From positions 1,696,001 through 1,760,000 of the forward strand of contig OZ244239.1 in the NCBI GenBank assembly GCA_965217115.1: a stretch of 64,000 nt of DNA, in the 5' to 3' direction. The notes under the pieces were generated by a model. It worked only from the letters and a program-made list of their open reading frames with translations. It searched no databases and was not told the origin of the DNA. This DNA comes from Bdellovibrionales bacterium (GTDB lineage: Bacteria > Bdellovibrionota > Bdellovibrionia > Bdellovibrionales > CAYMLA01). Shown piece by piece: positions 21,190 to 30,630 of the stretch (positions are counted from its first letter, which is position 1; each line of letters opens with the position of its first letter). Made by a program: the position numbers and the translations under genes.

Positions 21190-22020
21190 ATGAAAAATTC
21201 AATCAATATTTATGACTTTATAGATTATAGAGAATTTTTAAGTTCCTACATTGAACAAATGCAGGAGGTAAAAAGCTCTTGGAGCTTAAATGCATTTGCA
21301 AACTTGCTTGGAGCCAAAAATGGTTCAACAATTTTCAAAATCTTAAATGAAGAAAGAAATTTAGGAAATGAGTTAACAAAAAAAATCTGTAATTACTTTA
21401 ATTTCCTTCCCGAACAAGAAGAGTATTTTAGAGATTTAATAAAATTAGATCAATTTAGTAAAAGTTCAACAATTTATAAACTTGTCAAGCGTGGACTTAA
21501 ATCGAAACTAGAAGACACCAAAGTTCGAAACGTCGAGATGAACAGAGATAGTTCTAACAGTTCTATTTGGTATTATATTCTACGAGTCTTGATCGAGAAT
21601 AAAATACTTGATCCTGAGACTTATAAGCTTAAAGAGGAGCTTTACGTATGTCCTCCCTCAAATATTCAACAAATTGTAGCTGATCTTAAAAGGGAAAAAC
21701 TATTAATCAAAAAAGATGGGAAGTTGATATTATCAGATGAACACCTTGAAACATTAACATCGACAATCCCAGGTAGCCTTTGTAGGACCCATATCAATAT
21801 GCTCGAATTTACAATTGAGACGTTTAAAAACATCGATTTCAATAAGGAGAATCTTTATTCATCAAACTATACTGTTTCCCTGACAGAAGAAGATTACAAA
21901 GAGTTAAGAAATGAATTAGCTGAAACGATCAGAGTGTTTGTAAATGAGTGTAGTGGGAAAATTAAAAGTCAAAAAAAGGTCTATCAATTACAGTTCCAAT
22001 TATACCCGCTTATAAGGTAA
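21190..22020 (+). CDS. TIGR02147/DUF4423-type HTH protein
   Basis: IYDFIDYREFL..WSLNAFANLLG..RNL; C-terminal KVYQLQFQLYPL. Confidence 0.85.
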   Translation: MKNSINIYDFIDYREFLSSYIEQMQEVKSSWSLNAFANLLGAKNGSTIFKILNEERNLGNELTKKICNYFNFLPEQEEYFRDLIKLDQFSKSSTIYKLVKRGLKSKLEDTKVRNVEMNRDSSNSSIWYYILRVLIENKILDPETYKLKEELYVCPPSNIQQIVADLKREKLLIKKDGKLILSDEHLETLTSTIPGSLCRTHINMLEFTIETFKNIDFNKENLYSSNYTVSLTEEDYKELRNELAETIRVFVNECSGKIKSQKKVYQLQFQLYPLIR

Positions 22021-22160
22021 ATGAGTTGTTTTCTTTATTCGTTTTGAACCCATGGGCGACTATAGACGATTTCAAAAATGACTAGCAGAAATTTAGCCCG
22101 CTATGTAATTTCTCCCGATTTTCAGAGGTTGATTTTAAAAACGATGTTTTTCGAGTTCAC

Positions 22161-22202
22161 AAAAAAAAGCCACTCAACAGTGACCTCGTCGCAATCTCCT
22201 GG
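22161..22202 (-). repeat. Dispersed intergenic repeat, copy 2
   Basis: Same 26-mer and hairpin as copy 1. Confidence 0.85.
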
Positions 22203-22245
22203 TTCAGATGAACAAGTTAGCTTTTAGAACTAGTGAAAAAAATAA

Positions 22246-22599
22246 CTAGAAAACTGGAAGTCTCTTTTTAAAACGATTACCAATATCAAATTTATCTCCA
22301 GCTTTTTGCCCTAATTCTTCATAAGTAAATTTAACGAATGTTCCATAGGGAGTATAGGCTATACAGTCATCTGGCTCGTCGTCTAGCCTTACTCTGCCAA
22401 GGACAATTTGTACTGGGGAGGTTTTTAATTGAAGAATGACAAAATAAGATTTATCCGTACAGCCATCACTCTCAACTTGAAAAGTTACTCCTGTAGAATC
22501 ATATACTAAGCCTAAAATTACCTCTGGCTCTGGCAGTTGGTACTCTGCAAATACTGAGAACGATGCCAGTAAACTAAATATAATAATAATCTGTTTCAT
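22246..22599 (-). CDS. Small secreted protein, paralog A
   Basis: Signal peptide; EVILGLVYDSTGVTFQVESDGCT shared with 24103..24471. Confidence 0.8.
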   Translation of the reverse strand: MKQIIIIFSLLASFSVFAEYQLPEPEVILGLVYDSTGVTFQVESDGCTDKSYFVILQLKTSPVQIVLGRVRLDDEPDDCIAYTPYGTFVKFTYEELGQKAGDKFDIGNRFKKRLPVF

Positions 22600-22779
22600 T
22601 GTTACTCCTAAAATTAATGGTTTTATTATAAGTCTTGTCCATAACTTAAGTGAAGATTTGCCATCACCCCTACAAAATAAGCAAGAAATAACTTATTTTA
22701 ACGCAATGACGGAGTAATTTTTACAAGTTTAAAAAAGTAATCTTCTAAATTTTCTTTTTTAAATCGTGGATTTCTAAAT

Positions 22780-22820
22780 AAAAAAAGCCACTCAACAGTG
22801 ACCTCGTCGCAATCTCCTGG
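22780..22820 (-). repeat. Dispersed intergenic repeat, copy 3
   Basis: Same 26-mer and hairpin; no minus-strand ORF ends directly upstream. Confidence 0.85.
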
Positions 22821-23113
22821 CCTTATCGGCTAGGGATTGATTATTTATCTAGTGTTATGACAGATAAGAGCGTAGAGGCTTAACAAAACCTAAATAATCT
22901 CCGATAGGGCAGAGGAGCTTTGCAAAAGGTCCTCAGAATATTAAAAAGGGAAGGAGAGATGGGTAATCAACTAAGGAAACGAATAAAAACTAGCAAGCTA
23001 AGAGATAACAAACCCTGTAACATGTTAATTTTATTTAAATAAATGTAGAGAAAGGTGTTTGTGCAGTTATTTGAACTAGTTATGAATAGCATTTATATGT
23101 GGGAGTTTATATC

Positions 23114-23824
23114 ATGAGAGCTAGCAAAAAAATAGAAAAAGCTCGTTCTTTTCTTCTTGCACATTGTGTAGGGTCTGCTTTTATATTCCAGCATTTATTT
23201 ATACCTGATTTTGCATATTATTCTACATTCTCAGAGCAATTTTTCAGTTTGAAGGGTTTGTTACTTAAACTTAAAGTATTTTCTCTAGGCTTTCTTACAT
23301 CCATCGTTATTGTTAGTGTGTTGCCTGCGATCTTCATCTACATAAATAAAGCTTACCTTCTTCCTCGAAAAATCAGAAGAAAGAAAATACTTGAGAAAAA
23401 AAAGCAGGAACATTCAAGAAAACTTACAAATCAGGGTAGGGAAATTGCTCATAAAATAATTACAGATGAAAGAAAGAAAAAAGATCTTTTATCTATTAGG
23501 AACCAGCGATTTGATATTTTATACAATTTACTAGTGAAATATGAAAAAATTGATGAATATCTAGAAAAGTATCCTTGGTCTTGGGTTGCGACTGCTACGG
23601 ACGATATTTGTCTTATTAGAGAAGATAACACATGGGATAGTATTATTTATGAAGGATTATGTACTAATAAAGATTTGAAAGAGTTAGAAAAAAAATATTG
23701 CGATATTGTTGGTAAAATTTCAGATGAAATCAAGAGACAAGTAATTAGAGATGAAATCAATAAGTACATAAAACCAAAGGAATTATCTGATCTAAGGAAC
23801 AAATTAGAAAATAAGGTTGCATAA
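23114..23824 (+). CDS. Hypothetical membrane protein (low GC)
   Basis: Two N-terminal hydrophobic segments and a charged C-terminus. Confidence 0.65.
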   Translation: MRASKKIEKARSFLLAHCVGSAFIFQHLFIPDFAYYSTFSEQFFSLKGLLLKLKVFSLGFLTSIVIVSVLPAIFIYINKAYLLPRKIRRKKILEKKKQEHSRKLTNQGREIAHKIITDERKKKDLLSIRNQRFDILYNLLVKYEKIDEYLEKYPWSWVATATDDICLIREDNTWDSIIYEGLCTNKDLKELEKKYCDIVGKISDEIKRQVIRDEINKYIKPKELSDLRNKLENKVA

Positions 23825-24102
23825 GTCAATAAACTTACTATATCAGAAACAATCTAATTAACGTAATGACTAAGTAATTGTTACAAAATTAAAATATTAA
23901 TTTTCTTAACTTGCCCTTAAAGGCAGGGGCTTATGAATAAGAAAAGGTTGCCAGCTTGGCAATTTTTTTTTCTGGCTCAAACGAACGGGGTAGTTTTTAG
24001 AACCTAGAGACAGAAAAAAAATAAATGGCCCGTTACTTGGGCCATTCGGTTTAATTGAAATTCCATTGTCTTTGTGTGTAAGGTTTAATTACAAACCTAA
24101 AT

Positions 24103-24471
24103 TCAGAAAATCGTGATTCGATCATTAATTTGATTACCAATGTCAAACTTGGTTCCAGCACTTTGACCAAGTTCTTCATAGGTAAATTTAATGTATTCCC
24201 CATAAGGAACAGATACTTCACAATTATCTGGACGGGTTCTTTCAATCATGACTTGTACTGGGTAGGTTTCTAATTGAAGAACGACAAAGTCAGATTTTTC
24301 TGTACATCCATTACTTTCAACTTGGAAAGTGACACCAGTGGAATCATAAATAAAACCCAATATCACCTCTGATCCTGGTGATTCCGACGATTCCGACGAT
24401 TCTGATGATTGACTTTCTACAAACACTAAACAAGATGCTAATAGGGAAACTATAAGGATATATTTTTTCAT
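24103..24471 (-). CDS. Small secreted protein, paralog B
   Basis: AGGAGG RBS; strong similarity to 22246..22599; 9-bp repeat encoding SSE. Confidence 0.8.
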   Translation of the reverse strand: MKKYILIVSLLASCLVFVESQSSESSESSESPGSEVILGFIYDSTGVTFQVESNGCTEKSDFVVLQLETYPVQVMIERTRPDNCEVSVPYGEYIKFTYEELGQSAGTKFDIGNQINDRITIF

Positions 24472-24913
24472 CTTTACCTCCTACGGTTCTTTCATTATGG
24501 ATTTCTTTGAGATTATAGACTTTCTTGGGGAGGGCAAGGTTTCTGTAAATAAATAGTTCTTTAGTCCTTTAGTCCTTTAGTCCTGACGTTTGTAAAAACA
24601 CCCTAACATAGGAGGTTTTTTAATAGAGCTATGGGGGATAAAGTTTAAAGTGGCGAGGGTGTTTTTTATTTACTCTTTGAGGTTTGTTAACTTCAGTTCC
24701 AGGTTTTACGACAATCAAGGCATCGTAGGTCCAAATTAAATTAAAATTTAGATGTGTAGAGATGCCTGTGAGGGCTTTAAGCCTTTAGTCTAGCTGAGTG
24801 TTATATTTTCAACCGATATTGTCCATATTATTTGCTTATTTCTAGTAATCCCCGAGACTGAAACTGTAAATGTAAAATTTTAAATGAGTGTTATGAGGCG
24901 TAGGAGTTTAAAG

Positions 24914-26485
24914 ATGTTAAAAAAACCATGTTTTGGGGTGTTTTTTGTAGGGATGTTTTTTTTATTTGGCTGTGCCACATTGAATAATAAAAAGTCGTCT
25001 CATAACAATGATCCCATTCAAGCAGACCGTGGACTGGCAGGAGAAAAAGATGCCAGCGTGGTTGAGTCCCATGGTGATGTGACTCTTCTCTACATAGGCG
25101 TTAGTAGGATATTTATTAAACAGTGTGTGAAAGAAACTATTTTAAAAGAGAATCTTTATAAAAAGAGAGATTGTCATCAAAAGGCGGGGACAGAGATTAG
25201 AGAGATCTCCGTGGATGAGTTTAAAGAAGATTTGAAAAGAATCCTACGCATGCCCGAGACTCTCTCGAAGACTGATTTTGACGGAAACACAAAGAAGAAG
25301 GTTGCATTATATAGGAGAGGAGAGCAGAGCAGAGTTGTCAATTTAAGACGTGAAAAATTGAGAATAGAAAATACTATTGCGAGAACGAATGCGTTTAAGG
25401 CTTATTATAGTGCTAAAAACAATTCGAAAAAGAAAAAAAAACAAAAAGAGCAAAAAGAACGTGAAGCTCGGGTGAAGAAAATTGAATCCATCTTAAAAGA
25501 GAGTCAGAGCCTTCTAGCCGTTAGAGTCGAGGTGAATAATTTAATAGACGCTATTGTCAATGATGTGCTTTCCCATGGTCAGTTGAAGCAATTTGTTTTT
25601 TTTAAAAACCAGACAAGGTTTGAATTTAATCTTCTAAAAAGTTATTTGCGAGGGTCAGGAGATTTACAAGCCTACTTTGTTCCAATCAAGGCGGGGATAT
25701 TTATGATGGGAACCCCAGAAGGGGAATATGGTCGTAGTGATGATGAAACTTTACACGAAGTGAAGACTCTCACGAAGGATTTTGAAATACAGGCAACTGA
25801 GGTGACACAGCGGCAGTGGTTCCGTGTTATGGGCGATAACCCGTCAAAGTTTAAGCCGTCCAAGGGCACTGATTCTACGGAGTTCACTGATTCTACAGAG
25901 CTCACTGATTCTACAGCTGAGCGCGACTACTGTCCAGAGACTGCTATTATTGAGGAGAGTTACACGATGTGCCCAGATCACCCTGTGGAGATGGTTTCTT
26001 GGAATGATGTGCAGAGCTTTATTCGAAAACTAAACAGGTCCAGTGAGACTTATAGTTACAGATTACCCACAGAAGAGGAGTGGGAGTACGTCGCTCGTGC
26101 TGGGGAATCAACTCCTTTTAATTTAGGAGAGAAGATCTCTACAGATAGGGTGAATTACAATGGGTACTTTCCCTATACGAATGGAGCTATAGAGAAGTAT
26201 AGGGGGCAAACAGTCGCTGTAGGTAGTCTCGACAATGCTAACCATTGGGGACTGTTTGATACCCATGGAAATGTTTCGGAGTGGGTGCAGGACATCCATG
26301 GTGACTACCCACAGGGTTCAGTGGAAAACTCTGATGGCGCTTCTGCTGATAGCAATAGCCGTGTTTTGCGTGGTGGTAGCTGGTACAGCGGGGCTCAATA
26401 CGTGCGATCGGGGGCTCGTGACAGCCTTGATTCTAAACATTCTGGCAGTCATATTGGTTTCCGCCTTGTAAGAACTGCTAAATAG
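24914..26485 (+). CDS. Lipoprotein with C-terminal FGE-sulfatase (C-type-lectin fold) domain
   Basis: Lipobox LFGC; FMMG, TEVTQ, HPVEMVSWND, YRLPTEEEWEY, GNVSEW, RVLRGGSW, IGFRLV. Confidence 0.9.
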   Translation: MLKKPCFGVFFVGMFFLFGCATLNNKKSSHNNDPIQADRGLAGEKDASVVESHGDVTLLYIGVSRIFIKQCVKETILKENLYKKRDCHQKAGTEIREISVDEFKEDLKRILRMPETLSKTDFDGNTKKKVALYRRGEQSRVVNLRREKLRIENTIARTNAFKAYYSAKNNSKKKKKQKEQKEREARVKKIESILKESQSLLAVRVEVNNLIDAIVNDVLSHGQLKQFVFFKNQTRFEFNLLKSYLRGSGDLQAYFVPIKAGIFMMGTPEGEYGRSDDETLHEVKTLTKDFEIQATEVTQRQWFRVMGDNPSKFKPSKGTDSTEFTDSTELTDSTAERDYCPETAIIEESYTMCPDHPVEMVSWNDVQSFIRKLNRSSETYSYRLPTEEEWEYVARAGESTPFNLGEKISTDRVNYNGYFPYTNGAIEKYRGQTVAVGSLDNANHWGLFDTHGNVSEWVQDIHGDYPQGSVENSDGASADSNSRVLRGGSWYSGAQYVRSGARDSLDSKHSGSHIGFRLVRTAK

Positions 26486-26561
26486 GGTTGTCACTGTGTT
26501 TTTTACCCTTGCCCCTTAGAAGGGGGCATCTACTTTGAATGCGTCAGTTTTATTTTTAGAA

Positions 26562-27305
26562 TCAAAAATCTTGGGTGAGGGCCGAGGTGATTTTTTGATC
26601 TAAGTCAGAACAAATAAGCTCCATGTACAATTGGTTTAAGTCTCTGGTCTCATCTTTGAATTCCATATTACAATAAACAGACTTTGTCCCATGGAGAATG
26701 AGCAATGCATCACATAGTTCAGACATTACGGCTGGTTCATGGGATGAGATAATAAATGTTTGTCCTTGTTTAGACGCAGATAAAATCATCTTCTTTAAGG
26801 TGATAACTGATGGGACATCTAAACCTATTGTTGGTTCATCGAGTATCATTAAGTCAGGCTTTACAAGAAATCCTAGTGCTAAGATGATTTTTCTTTTCAT
26901 ACCAAAAGAATAGGTGATCATTAGATCATTTGCTTGGTCTTCTTCTATTCCAAAAAGATCTAGCACCTTAAAAATACGATCATTAGTGGGTAGGGCTCTG
27001 TTCTTTATTTGTAGGACAAAGTAAATATATTCAAGCCCTGTTAAGTAGTTGTATGAATGAGGAGAGTCGTTCACAAAGTATAAATTATTATAATTAATAA
27101 CCTTGTTTTCCCTGATAAGTCTCTGGGATAGGAGTATTTGTCCTTCGTAGTCATTTTTTTGAAGAATAGACTCAATGAGAGTTGTCTTTCCAGAGCCATT
27201 TTTACCCATAACTCCAAAAACAGAGCCTTCCTCTACTTGAAAAGAAATATTTGATAAAATTATTTTAGAGCTATATTTTTTTGTAAGATTTTTAACTGAG
27301 ATCAT
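26562..27305 (-). CDS. ABC transporter ATP-binding protein
   Basis: GKNGSGKTT, YSFGMKRK, LDEPT, SSH. Confidence 0.93.
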   Translation of the reverse strand: MISVKNLTKKYSSKIILSNISFQVEEGSVFGVMGKNGSGKTTLIESILQKNDYEGQILLSQRLIRENKVINYNNLYFVNDSPHSYNYLTGLEYIYFVLQIKNRALPTNDRIFKVLDLFGIEEDQANDLMITYSFGMKRKIILALGFLVKPDLMILDEPTIGLDVPSVITLKKMILSASKQGQTFIISSHEPAVMSELCDALLILHGTKSVYCNMEFKDETRDLNQLYMELICSDLDQKITSALTQDF

Positions 27306-28350
27306 TTTTAAAATCCTTAAAAGCGAGTATTATAATTATTGGAATTAACAGAGGAAGTCCAATTGAAATTCCAATAACCATTGCCCGTGTAAGTTTTTTA
27401 CCAATAAAATACATCTTAACTAGTAATATATAAGTAAGAAGCATTATTAAAACAGGCATAAAAGACAATGAAATCTCTAAAAGGTTGAATCCAAGTATTT
27501 TTAGAGAGAAAAACGTTATCAGCCATTGGAGGAATATTATGAAAGACCAAAAAGTAAAGTCTGCTATGAATGAATTGAATTTCGAGAAAGAGGTGTAATC
27601 CTTTAGTCGGTCATATATTTCAGAGTTAGAATTGAATGCTTGTAGAACTGGAAAGGCGAAGGGGACAGTAAACAGCCAGATATTCTCTTTTTGATTATTA
27701 ACCAAATATGCCACGATACATAAGTTGAATATAAAGACATTAAATATTAGATAATAAAGAGAGTGACCTTTTCTGAGAATATATAAAAAATTGAGGCAAA
27801 TTATGGAGTAGGTTTTTTTAAACCATGGAGGACCTATTTTTTTGATAAGCCACTCTCCCTTGAGCAGAGGTTTTCTAGCTATTTTTCTCTTACTCTTGAA
27901 TAAGAAAACCGTTGAGAACATAGAGACAGGTATCAGTGCAAAAAGAGAAACAACTAAGAGGGTTGGAGAAATCATGTTCTTAAATAAAAAAATGCTGGAA
28001 AGAATAAAACTGCTTGTTACAAGTACTGCGTAGATTTGTATAGTTCTCAGAAGAAAAAACATTTGTTTTGAAGTGATCTCTTTCACAAAGCTTTCGTCAA
28101 AATTAAGACCCTTTGCTATTGTCCCCATGAAAAGAGATGGAATAAATATGACTATAAAGATAATGATTTTTTGTGGGTCATCATATTTGTCGGTGAGGGA
28201 GAGAATTTCTTTTGATAAAATAATTGATAGGCCAATCGTGAGCAGCAAGAAAAAAGAGACACTTAAAAAATGAAAAGAAAGGAAGTTTTTTATCATTTTG
28301 AAGTAAATAACTCTAAAAGAGTTTAAAAAATTTAATCTAGATACAGGCAT
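27292..28350 (-). CDS. Putative ABC exporter permease
   Basis: Many TM segments; overlaps the ATPase gene; very AT-rich. Confidence 0.7.
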   Translation of the reverse strand: MPVSRLNFLNSFRVIYFKMIKNFLSFHFLSVSFFLLLTIGLSIILSKEILSLTDKYDDPQKIIIFIVIFIPSLFMGTIAKGLNFDESFVKEITSKQMFFLLRTIQIYAVLVTSSFILSSIFLFKNMISPTLLVVSLFALIPVSMFSTVFLFKSKRKIARKPLLKGEWLIKKIGPPWFKKTYSIICLNFLYILRKGHSLYYLIFNVFIFNLCIVAYLVNNQKENIWLFTVPFAFPVLQAFNSNSEIYDRLKDYTSFSKFNSFIADFTFWSFIIFLQWLITFFSLKILGFNLLEISLSFMPVLIMLLTYILLVKMYFIGKKLTRAMVIGISIGLPLLIPIIIILAFKDFKNDLS

Positions 28351-28480
28351 CTGTTCTTTGATTTCCCCATAGAAAATTTAATTTTCGAGAAGTTAACATT
28401 ATTTTCTTCTTCTGAGCACTTTTTTTTTGGAATTAGACAGTATCGAGGGGCAATCGGAGTGCTGCTAGCTCTTTAGAGAG

Positions 28481-30202
28481 TCACAAGCCTCTGGCCAAGC
28501 CCTCTCCTCGTGGGTCTGAGACCCCGTGGAGTTTTCCCTGTTCAACAGAGATAGCTTGGATTTTGCACCCAAGGTTTTTTCTCTGGAGGGTGTGGCCTTT
28601 GGACTTAAGTGCTCGTTTTGTCTCTTTAGAAAAGCCGGGAGAGCCTATTCGAATGTAGTCGGGACTCCATTGGTGGTGATAGCGAGTGGCGGAAACGGCA
28701 TCCCAGAGGGTGAGTTCATGCTCTAGGTAATTGAGCACAACCTGCGCGACACAGGTAAGTATTCTTGTGCCAGATGGAGTTCCAAGGGCGAGGACAACCT
28801 GCCCTTTCTTTTTAATGATAGTCGGAGACATACTACTGAGAGGTCGCTTGCCTGGAGCGACTAAATTATTTTTACTGCCAACAGCTCCAAAGAGATTGCT
28901 GTCACCAGGTTTTTTGGAGAAATCATCCATCTCATCGTTCATAATAATGCCTGTTCCAGGAACAACAACTCCTGAGCCCATCCAATAGTTAATCGTCTGG
29001 GTTGAGCTGATAATGTTTCCCTCTCTGTCCATAACAGTGAAGTGGGTCGTCTCATCGGATTCGTACTTAAAGGCATTGACGAGATCTTTTGTTTTGATTT
29101 GTAGGGCTCTAGGGGTGATTTTCTCCCTTAGAATTTTCCCATAAGATTTAGATGTAAGCCCCTTGACGGGAACTTTGACAAAATCGCTATCCCCCATGTA
29201 CTTGGCTCGATCGACAAAAGCCAACTGCATGGCTGTGGCTGTTTTATGAATGGTCTCCGGAGATTGTACCCCCTTGGATTTTAAGTCCCATGGCTCTAGA
29301 ATATTAAGTATCTGAACAATATGTGTGCCTCCCGAGCTAGGTGGTGGCATAGAGAAAACATCGTAGTTCTTGTAGGTTCCGTGTATTGGTTTTCTCCACT
29401 TCACATGGTACTTATTGAGATCATCTTGAGTGATAAGCCCACCAAGTCTTTTGAATTCTTTAACAATAGCTTGGGCGACAAACCCCTTGTAAAAGCCACT
29501 CGCCCCACGCTGTCTTATAGCTCTGAGTGTTTTTCCAAGATCTCTCTGGATAAGCAGATCCCCTTCTCTGAGGGGCGCCCTATCTTTGAAGAATATTTTC
29601 TTCGTGGCGGGATATTGTTTTAGAACATCTTTACGAAATTCAAGGGCTTTGGCGAGGTGGGGGTAGACACGGAACCCTCTTTCCGCCAATTCAATGGCAG
29701 GCGTGATGACTTGCCTTCTTGAGAGCTTGCCGTATCTCTTGTGCATTTCAAGAATGCCCTTAACAGTGCCAGGAGTTCCACTGGCTAAGATTCCATCTAT
29801 GGGCATCTTGTTGATAGGAGTTCCTCTCTTATCAAGATACATATCGCTTCTAGCAAGAAAAGGGGCTCGCTCCCTAAAATCCAGAGCCTTTGGGCTCTTA
29901 AATGAAGGACTATCAATAAGCATAAATCCACCTCCGCCAAGGCCCGTTGACTGTGGCCTTTCCACGGAGATGGCAAAGGAGATGGCGGCAGCGGCATCAA
30001 AGGCATTGCCTCCAAGTCTGATCATCTTCAAACCAGCTTCGGTGGAGTGAACTCCTTGTGTAGCGATCATGACTTTTTGGCTGAATGATTCGTGCTGCTC
30101 TCGTGTGTGCCCAGGCAGAAGAGAGGTTTTGTAGACCTGATTAACCGAACACGATAGAGCCAAAGGGGTGAGTAGAGCTATTTTAATAAGATTTTTTTCC
30201 AT
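28481..30202 (-). CDS. ggt: Gamma-glutamyltransferase
   Basis: GGNAFDAA, GLGGGGF, DFRERAP, ETTHF, PGKRPLSSMSPT, SDPR. Confidence 0.96.
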   Translation of the reverse strand: MEKNLIKIALLTPLALSCSVNQVYKTSLLPGHTREQHESFSQKVMIATQGVHSTEAGLKMIRLGGNAFDAAAAISFAISVERPQSTGLGGGGFMLIDSPSFKSPKALDFRERAPFLARSDMYLDKRGTPINKMPIDGILASGTPGTVKGILEMHKRYGKLSRRQVITPAIELAERGFRVYPHLAKALEFRKDVLKQYPATKKIFFKDRAPLREGDLLIQRDLGKTLRAIRQRGASGFYKGFVAQAIVKEFKRLGGLITQDDLNKYHVKWRKPIHGTYKNYDVFSMPPPSSGGTHIVQILNILEPWDLKSKGVQSPETIHKTATAMQLAFVDRAKYMGDSDFVKVPVKGLTSKSYGKILREKITPRALQIKTKDLVNAFKYESDETTHFTVMDREGNIISSTQTINYWMGSGVVVPGTGIIMNDEMDDFSKKPGDSNLFGAVGSKNNLVAPGKRPLSSMSPTIIKKKGQVVLALGTPSGTRILTCVAQVVLNYLEHELTLWDAVSATRYHHQWSPDYIRIGSPGFSKETKRALKSKGHTLQRKNLGCKIQAISVEQGKLHGVSDPRGEGLARGL

Positions 30203-30630
30203 GGGACCTTCTTGTTTTTTTATCGTGTGCTTATGCTCTGGTAACCTACCTGATCTCTGAGTGATTGTAACGAAATTAAATGTCCTTTTTATTATGAGTC
30301 AATACGGGCCCTCTGGAGGTTCTAGAGATTAAAACCGCTAGATTTGGAGAGAGTTCTTCCGTGGGCCTTGAGAGTTGAGAAAGCTTTACGAATTCTCCAT
30401 ATCAATGGTAACAATATATTCAGTGTTGAAATTGATGACACTAAAAAGCATCATGACTTGGTGTTATTTCCTAACAGGGCATCTTTAAAGTGCATCGTGG
30501 AAGAGATAAATTTACTGTAATGACAGAAGCAATTCTCTCTAAGTTATAAAAAACAGTTAAAACAGATTTTCTCTAGACTTTTCTTTTCTTTTTGGTATGT
30601 TTCTACCTGTTATCTTTAGTAGGAGGAAAA

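Noticed and set aside
20541..22820. Repeats as a CRISPR array or integron attC sites
   Set aside because: Spacing is 0.6-1.6 kb and irregular; no cas or integrase gene; no RYYYAAC/GTTRRRY boxes recognised
30240..30630. Possible riboswitch before the beta-barrel gene
   Set aside because: No cobalamin, TPP or other aptamer core recognised
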